Origin: a virus
Reading direction: 5' to 3' (one strand)
DNA: 64,000 nucleotides
IMG/VR virus record: IMGVR_UViG_3300025108_000031
Coordinates: 4,282 to 68,281 of that record
The position numbers were made by a program, and so were the translations under genes. Each line of letters begins with the position of its first letter. Within the stretch, counting starts at the first letter, position 1. Under the pieces are notes generated by a model. That model had not been told where the DNA came from. It ran no database searches and was given only the letters and a program-made list of their open reading frames with translations. Shown one piece after another: positions 57,976 through 64,000 of the stretch.

Positions 57976-60076
57976 CGTAGAAGGATATGAAACTAAAGGG
58001 ATTAAGATCGACCCTAGCGGTACAGAGGGAGAGCATGTCGAACTCCACGGGATACTCGTTGTACTACCAAAGAAACCGAAGCGATCTGAAATCCTCTTCC
58101 ATGACAAAGCAAAGGAGTTGCAGATGTGGGAGCGCATTCCTATGCCCCAAGAATTGCAAAGGATACGCAGCATGGATGAGTGGCTCGAAAAGCCTGCCGA
58201 GTTTCGGAAAAAGTTTCGTTCTTACATCGAACAAGAGTTTCAGCGTAGGCGTGACGGTGTATGGTTTTACAATAATGGGGAGCCTACGTATATTACAGGG
58301 AGACATTATATGTTTCTACAATGGTCTAAAATTGATATCGGATACCCATCATACCTTAATTTCCAAAGAGAAATCTTTACTCACATGGCTGCTTGTGAAG
58401 CTGATCCTCGTTGTTTCGGTCAGCTTTATACTAAGTGCCGTCGCTCTGGCTACACTAATATATGCTCTGCTGTACTCGTTGATGAAGCTACGCAAGTTAA
58501 AGAGAAGCTTCTTGGCATACAGTCGAAGACTGGTAAGGACTCTCAGGAAAACATATTCATGAAGAAGGTGGTTGCGATATTTCGTAGCTACCCATTCTTC
58601 TTTAAGCCTATTCAGGACGGTACCACAAACCCTCGTATGGAGCTGGCATTTCGCGAGCCATCTAAGCGCATCACAAAGAACAATAAGACCTCTCAGCGTG
58701 GGGATGCATTGAACTCAGTTATAAACTGGAAGAACACCACTAACAACGCATATGACGGTGAGAAGCTTCACATGCTGTACCTAGATGAGGCTGGCAAGTG
58801 GGAGAAGCCTACCGACATCAGGGAGGCATGGAGAATTGAAAGAACCTGTTTGATTGTAGGTAAGAAGGTCATAGGTAAGGCGCTTGTAGGTAGTACGGTT
58901 AACCCAATGAGTAAAGGAGGGGATGAGTACAAGGGTCTCTGGGCTGATTCTGACACCTCAGAAAGAAACAACAATGGAAGGACTAGGTCTGGACTATACA
59001 GAATATTTATACCAGCTTATGAGGCTTTAGAAGGCTTCTTTGATGTTTACGGAAATGCTATCATAGAGGATCCCTCTCAAGGCATACACATACATGGTAT
59101 AGATGGTGATATCGTAGATCAAGGCAGTAAGACGTACCTGAAGAATGAACGCAAGTCCTTCAAGGATGATCCCTCTGAGCTTAATGAGATAATCAGGCAG
59201 TTTCCTTTCACGGAGGACGAAGCCTTTAGAGACAGTATCGAGGGTAGTCTATTTAACATAGGTAAGATCTATCAACAAATAGAAAGTAACGACGACCTAT
59301 ACCCTAACCCAGTGATACAGGGTAACTTTATATGGAGGAAAAAGGACGAGGAGGTGGCTTTCTCTCCAGACCCTAATGGTAGGTTTAGAGTTGCCTGGAT
59401 TCCACCAGATCATCTGAAGAATAAAAGGTCTGACAATAGGGGTAAGCCTATCCCACCGAACGCTCACATAGGCTGTGGTGGCGTTGACTCTTACGATTTA
59501 GACGCCACGGTTGATGGGAGGGGATCAAAAGGTGCTCTTCATATGTACAATAAGTTTAGCATGGATGCACCCCCTAACATGTTCGTGGCTGAGTATGCAT
59601 CACGTCCAGATCTTGCCAGTATATTCTACGAGGATGTCTTAATGTGTGCTTTCTTTTATGGGTACCCTTTACTTATAGAGAACAATAAGTACGGCATTGC
59701 AAGGTACTTTGAATCAAGAGGTTACGATGGTTACCTTATGGATAGACCCGATCATTTAAAAACAGGTAACTCGTCAGTAAGTGTAAGAACAAAAGGCATA
59801 CCATCTAACTCGCAGGATGTCATACAGTCTCATGCTCACGCTATAGAAAGCTACATTCACGATCATGTTGGTGTAAACATAGAGACTGGTGAAATCGGAA
59901 AGATGTATTTTAACCGAACCTTAGAAGACTGGATAGGATATAAGATAGACAAGCGAACTAAGTTTGACTTAACTATCAGTTCTGGGTTGGCCCTACTCGC
60001 TGCTCAAAAAGTAAAGAAAGAGAAACCTAAATCTAACTTCTCTGACAAGCGCTTTTTCAGGAGATATAAGGTCTAA
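57941..60076 (+). CDS. terL: Terminase large subunit (start uncertain)
   Basis: KCRRSG Walker A-like, YLDEAGKW Walker B, GSTxN, GxDSYD nuclease, ENNK, FDxxISSG. Confidence 0.85.
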   Translation: MSFFMSKMNLIDVEGYETKGIKIDPSGTEGEHVELHGILVVLPKKPKRSEILFHDKAKELQMWERIPMPQELQRIRSMDEWLEKPAEFRKKFRSYIEQEFQRRRDGVWFYNNGEPTYITGRHYMFLQWSKIDIGYPSYLNFQREIFTHMAACEADPRCFGQLYTKCRRSGYTNICSAVLVDEATQVKEKLLGIQSKTGKDSQENIFMKKVVAIFRSYPFFFKPIQDGTTNPRMELAFREPSKRITKNNKTSQRGDALNSVINWKNTTNNAYDGEKLHMLYLDEAGKWEKPTDIREAWRIERTCLIVGKKVIGKALVGSTVNPMSKGGDEYKGLWADSDTSERNNNGRTRSGLYRIFIPAYEALEGFFDVYGNAIIEDPSQGIHIHGIDGDIVDQGSKTYLKNERKSFKDDPSELNEIIRQFPFTEDEAFRDSIEGSLFNIGKIYQQIESNDDLYPNPVIQGNFIWRKKDEEVAFSPDPNGRFRVAWIPPDHLKNKRSDNRGKPIPPNAHIGCGGVDSYDLDATVDGRGSKGALHMYNKFSMDAPPNMFVAEYASRPDLASIFYEDVLMCAFFYGYPLLIENNKYGIARYFESRGYDGYLMDRPDHLKTGNSSVSVRTKGIPSNSQDVIQSHAHAIESYIHDHVGVNIETGEIGKMYFNRTLEDWIGYKIDKRTKFDLTISSGLALLAAQKVKKEKPKSNFSDKRFFRRYKV

Positions 60077-60087
60077 TACGGATTTAT

Positions 60088-60095
60088 TATATTTG
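60088..60095 (+). promoter_or_regulatory. -7 element TATATTTG upstream of the portal gene
   Basis: Intergenic consensus match. Confidence 0.65.
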
Positions 60096-60123
60096 CAAAA
60101 TACGCATACATTGCAATAGAAAC

Positions 60124-62586
60124 ATGAATAATCAATACAGCAAGAAGAAGGGAACTTCTTTTCCAGATCCGTTGGCGGAAACTTCGAAGAAGGAAAGCAA
60201 TGAATATGGTTTGCAGTATGCTAAGGCGATAGAATCTCAATGGGGGAAAAGCGACGAAGCAAACTCCATACATGGGAAACGAACGGCAACTTTTGAGAGA
60301 AGCAGGGATTACGCTAATGGCGTACAAGACACAAACATATACAAAAAGCTTCTTAGGTCGTTAGATCCAAATGACGGTGATGGTGGTCTACTTAACTTAG
60401 ATTATACCCCAGTACCTATATTGCCTAAGTTCGTTCGAGTAGTAGTCAACAAGATACTTTCAAAAAATCCATACCCTAACTTAGAGGCCGTTGATCCGCT
60501 TTCTTCGTCTGAAAAGAACAGAAATAAGAAGAGGATTGAGATGCAAGTAGCTGCTAAAAAGCAGCTCATGGAGCTTAAGAAGAAGACTGGTTTGGTTATG
60601 GACATCGACCCAGAGAATCTCCCAGATTCAGAGGAGGAGACAGAGATATTTTTAGGCACTAACGTAAAGACTGATGCGGAGGTGGCTGCTCAGATAGCTA
60701 CTAACATGACGCTATCCTGGAATGATTTTAATGACAGCATATTCAGGAGGTGCGTTAACGACCTTGTTGCTTTAGGAATGGCTATCACTAAGAGAAGCAA
60801 TGACCCTAATGAAGGTATTAAGACTGAGTATGTTGATCCCGTAAACTTCATACATAGCTACACTGAGGACCCTAACTTTAACGACTTGATTTATGCGGGT
60901 CACATAAAGAGGATATCCATACAGGAGCTAAAGAGAATTTCTGCTGGAGAGTTTGAGGAGAGTGAATTCAAGGACATAGCTACTAACGTAAGAAATAAGA
61001 ATGGCAATAATGCCGCTTACTTAAACTCATCTAGCTACAACAATAAGCTTCAACGAAATGAGTACGGGTACGATGAGTACATGGTTGACGTACTTGATTT
61101 TGAGTTTGTCTCAGTGGATTGCATATACTTCGAGGAAAAAGAGAACAGGTTTGGTAACACCAATATGTTCATGAAGGGATTTGAATACACACCTAAGGAG
61201 GGGAGTGTGTACGAGAGAAACCCTCACAAAATGGAGGTGTCCACTATCTATGGGGGTAGTTTTGTTTTAGGTTGTAATAAGATATTTAATTACGGAAGAA
61301 CCAAAAACACACCTAAGAATCTCCAGGACATATCGAAGTCTAGGATGTCTTACTCTGTTGTCTCAACCAATATTCGGAATATGATGCCGAAGTCGATGGT
61401 AGACAGCTGCACTGGTTTTGCAGATATGCTACAGTTGACTCACTTGAAGATTCAGCAGGCGATTGCCAAGGCTAAGCCAGATGGACTTATTATCGATATA
61501 GAGGGGTTGGAGAATGTACAGCTAGGCAAGGGTGGTGAACTTGAACCACTAGATCTGCATGATATCTACGAACAGACTGGTGTGTTTTACTATAGGAGTA
61601 AGAATCCAGAGGGTGGATTCCAGAACCCTCCAGTAAGAGAGATAGGAAATACTATCAGAAACATAAACGAGTTAATCGGTCTTTACAATCACTACTTACG
61701 TATGATTCGTGATGCGACTGGAGTGAATGAAATGATGGACTCTTCCACTCCGAAGGGTGATACATTAGTTGGTGTTCAGCAGAATGCAATCGCTGCAGGC
61801 AACAATGCGATATATGATATTACAAACGCCTCCATGGTTCTTTACAAGAAGGTCTGCGAGGATGTAGTAAAGTGTCTTCAGATACTGCCTCCAGATTCTG
61901 TAATATTCAATGCTTACAGTAATGCTGTCGGCCAAGAGAACATGTCGGTGATATCATCTTTTAGTGACTTACCTATGTACAACTTTGGTGTGCAGGTGGT
62001 TAAAGAGATGGAGGACAAGGATAAATCTTACCTAGAGCAGAACATTCAGATCTCTCTTCAGCAGAAAGAGATTGATATAGAGGATGCAATTGCTATTAGA
62101 AATATGAAGGATGTGAATCAAGCTGAGAGGCTTCTTGTGGTTCGTAGGAAGAAGCGTATTGCTATTAATCAGCAGATGGCTATGCAGAACTCACAACAGC
62201 AGGCTCAGATTCAGCAGCAATCAGCTATGGCTACTTCACAAGCAAGACAACAAGAGATGCAAATGCAAGCTCAAATTGACTCCCAGAAGATGCAGCTCGA
62301 ATCTCAGTTAGAGGCTCAGCTAGAGCAAGTGAAGCATGAGTTCAGGAAAGAGATTGAAATGATTAAAGCTCAGGCCTTGCTTGGTGTTCGATCTGATGAT
62401 CAGGAATTCAAAGAGAAGCTTGAGGTCCTAAAAGAAGACAGAAAGGATAAGCGAGTTAAAAAGCAATCTGCAGAGCAAAGCAAGTTAATCTCTCAGAGGG
62501 ACGGAAAGCGAGGAGAGATACAAGAACCAATCGCTCCTATGATGCCAATGACTCCACAGCAACCACCTCAACAACCACTCATTTAA
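60124..62586 (+). CDS. Portal protein
   Basis: 820 aa after terL; LDYTPVPILPKF, IRDATGVNE motifs and Q-rich coiled-coil barrel. Confidence 0.8.
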   Translation: MNNQYSKKKGTSFPDPLAETSKKESNEYGLQYAKAIESQWGKSDEANSIHGKRTATFERSRDYANGVQDTNIYKKLLRSLDPNDGDGGLLNLDYTPVPILPKFVRVVVNKILSKNPYPNLEAVDPLSSSEKNRNKKRIEMQVAAKKQLMELKKKTGLVMDIDPENLPDSEEETEIFLGTNVKTDAEVAAQIATNMTLSWNDFNDSIFRRCVNDLVALGMAITKRSNDPNEGIKTEYVDPVNFIHSYTEDPNFNDLIYAGHIKRISIQELKRISAGEFEESEFKDIATNVRNKNGNNAAYLNSSSYNNKLQRNEYGYDEYMVDVLDFEFVSVDCIYFEEKENRFGNTNMFMKGFEYTPKEGSVYERNPHKMEVSTIYGGSFVLGCNKIFNYGRTKNTPKNLQDISKSRMSYSVVSTNIRNMMPKSMVDSCTGFADMLQLTHLKIQQAIAKAKPDGLIIDIEGLENVQLGKGGELEPLDLHDIYEQTGVFYYRSKNPEGGFQNPPVREIGNTIRNINELIGLYNHYLRMIRDATGVNEMMDSSTPKGDTLVGVQQNAIAAGNNAIYDITNASMVLYKKVCEDVVKCLQILPPDSVIFNAYSNAVGQENMSVISSFSDLPMYNFGVQVVKEMEDKDKSYLEQNIQISLQQKEIDIEDAIAIRNMKDVNQAERLLVVRRKKRIAINQQMAMQNSQQQAQIQQQSAMATSQARQQEMQMQAQIDSQKMQLESQLEAQLEQVKHEFRKEIEMIKAQALLGVRSDDQEFKEKLEVLKEDRKDKRVKKQSAEQSKLISQRDGKRGEIQEPIAPMMPMTPQQPPQQPLI

Positions 62587-62587
62587 T

Positions 62588-63058
62588 ATGGCTAAGAAAG
62601 CAAATTTAGACGTTTCAGAGAAGTTAGATATTTCCTGCAAGAGAGGTGACTCTTTTGAGTTGTTTATAAACCTCAAAGACAGCGAAGGGCTTGACCTTCC
62701 TTTATTGTCTGGTGGTTATGAATTTATTATTCAAGTAAAAACACCTAACGCTAGAAGTAGTGGTCCTTCATTGAGCCAACAAAAACGAACCATGATTGCA
62801 GCCTCTGCTTTAAAGGAGTCTGAAACCAAAGGTGTGTCTGAAACAAAAGAGGCTAAATCTCCAATCTTTATTTTTGAAGAGATGGATGATATAGGTAATG
62901 TCGTTTTAAAATCTACCGCTGAGTCTACATCAAGGCTTCCTGTGGGTAGGTTTGTTTATGACCTACAGTACAAGGTTGATGTTAATGGATTCTCTAAAGT
63001 AACAACCATACTAAGGGGGAATTTTACAGTTAAAGAAGATATCTCAACGGCTGTATAA
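62588..63058 (+). CDS. Tail-fibre attachment/baseplate-upper-like protein
   Basis: RGDSF...G.xVYDLQ...LxGxFxVxEDI pattern preceding a fibre gene. Confidence 0.55.
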   Translation: MAKKANLDVSEKLDISCKRGDSFELFINLKDSEGLDLPLLSGGYEFIIQVKTPNARSSGPSLSQQKRTMIAASALKESETKGVSETKEAKSPIFIFEEMDDIGNVVLKSTAESTSRLPVGRFVYDLQYKVDVNGFSKVTTILRGNFTVKEDISTAV

Positions 63059-64000
63059 TGGCAAAAATTACTGTTAACCTAGAGAGAAAAGGACCTCAAG
63101 GGGATAAAGGAGATACTGGAGTTGGCGTTCTATCAACCGTAGATAACGGTAATGGTACGTTCACTATAAATTACACCGATGGTACATCATTTGTAACTTC
63201 TGATCTTACAGGGCAACAAGGTGCGGACTCTGTCGTCCCTGGTCCTCAGGGACCACAAGGTCCTCAAGGTGAGCAAGGAGTTGCTGGGCCTCAAGGTCCT
63301 AGAGGTCAAGTTGGATCTACGGGTTCTCAGGGGGTTCAAGGACTTAAGGGTGATAAGGGAGATAAAGGAGACACTGGCGCCGATTCTACTGTTCAAGGTC
63401 CTCAAGGGGTTACTGGTCCTCAGGGACCACAAGGTCCTCAGGGGGCCGACTCCACTGTTGCTGGACCAACAGGTCCTCAGGGACCTCAAGGAGCTACTGG
63501 ACCTCAAGGTCCGCAAGGTGCAGACTCTACTGTTGCTGGTCCTACTGGCCCTCAGGGTGATATTGGTCCGCAAGGACCGCAAGGACCGCAAGGTCAAGCT
63601 GGACCCTTAGGTATTGGTATTCAAGGTCCTCGTGGTATTACAGGGCCTCAGGGTCCTTCAGGAGATGTGGGCAATTCTGGCATCACAGATTTATCCGACG
63701 TAGACACCACTACCACAGCCCCAGCAGACGGCCAGGCATTGGTGTGGAATGACACGAATAGCGAGTGGGAGCCAGGGAGTGTGGGCATTGATGGATTGGT
63801 TACTTCATTTGATGGTGACGATATAAGGTCTTGGAGGCCTCGATTGGGTGAATTTGGGGTGGATACATCAGCAGCTGATGACGGCAGCGTAAACCTAGCT
63901 TTAGGCGAAGGACACCCAAGAGATCTTTACTTTAAGCCAGACGGAACTAAGTGCTATATAGTTGGTAGCGGAGTTGATGACATCCACGAGGTTCCTCTTG
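63058..64000 (+). CDS. Collagen-like tail fibre, 3'-truncated (not in the ORF track)
   Basis: ATG at 63058, MAKITVNLERKGPQGDKGD..., long GPQ repeats, open to the window end. Confidence 0.85.
   Translation, partial: MAKITVNLERKGPQGDKGDTGVGVLSTVDNGNGTFTINYTDGTSFVTSDLTGQQGADSVVPGPQGPQGPQGEQGVAGPQGPRGQVGSTGSQGVQGLKGDKGDKGDTGADSTVQGPQGVTGPQGPQGPQGADSTVAGPTGPQGPQGATGPQGPQGADSTVAGPTGPQGDIGPQGPQGPQGQAGPLGIGIQGPRGITGPQGPSGDVGNSGITDLSDVDTTTTAPADGQALVWNDTNSEWEPGSVGIDGLVTSFDGDDIRSWRPRLGEFGVDTSAADDGSVNLALGEGHPRDLYFKPDGTKCYIVGSGVDDIHEVPL

Noticed and set aside
63187-63610. ORFs 63187-63597 (-) and 63221-63610 (+)
   Set aside because: Shadow frames of the collagen GPQ repeats in the fibre gene starting at 63058
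63697-64000. Terminal redundancy or circular overlap with 1086-1389
   Set aside because: The match is internal at the left side, has mismatches, and the upstream sequences encode different proteins
1-64000. Stop-codon reassignment as in some crAss-like phages
   Set aside because: Long genes are intact under the standard code and no suppressor tRNA is present

Overview
The window is most of a tailed dsDNA phage genome, opened within the tail-fibre module (fibre genes are truncated at both edges). Repeated TAnnTTTG promoters indicate a Bacteroidota, probably aquatic Flavobacteriia, host. The + strand carries a podovirus/crAss-like morphogenesis set: fibres, LamG lectins, scaffold, major capsid, tail ring and stabilisation proteins, putative ejection proteins, holin, M15 endolysin, terminases and portal. 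It also carries two tRNAs, a glycosyltransferase/oxygenase cassette and a secreted M43 metalloprotease. The - strand (about 35950-50330) holds replication/recombination genes and many small early genes. No DNA polymerase, RNA polymerase or integrase was recognised. The most striking element is an RNA-processing layer in the early region. Two type I hammerhead ribozymes each use the stop codon of the upstream gene as the UGA of their catalytic core, and together they bracket one complete small gene. A 164-nt tRNA-mimic RNA, further structured RNAs and a shared leader motif sit after each promoter or processing site. Other notable signals are a -1 shift at an A9 run in an internal virion protein, leaderless late genes and a stand-alone RNR-tail-like peptide. 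All family assignments come from motif recognition by eye, not database searches.
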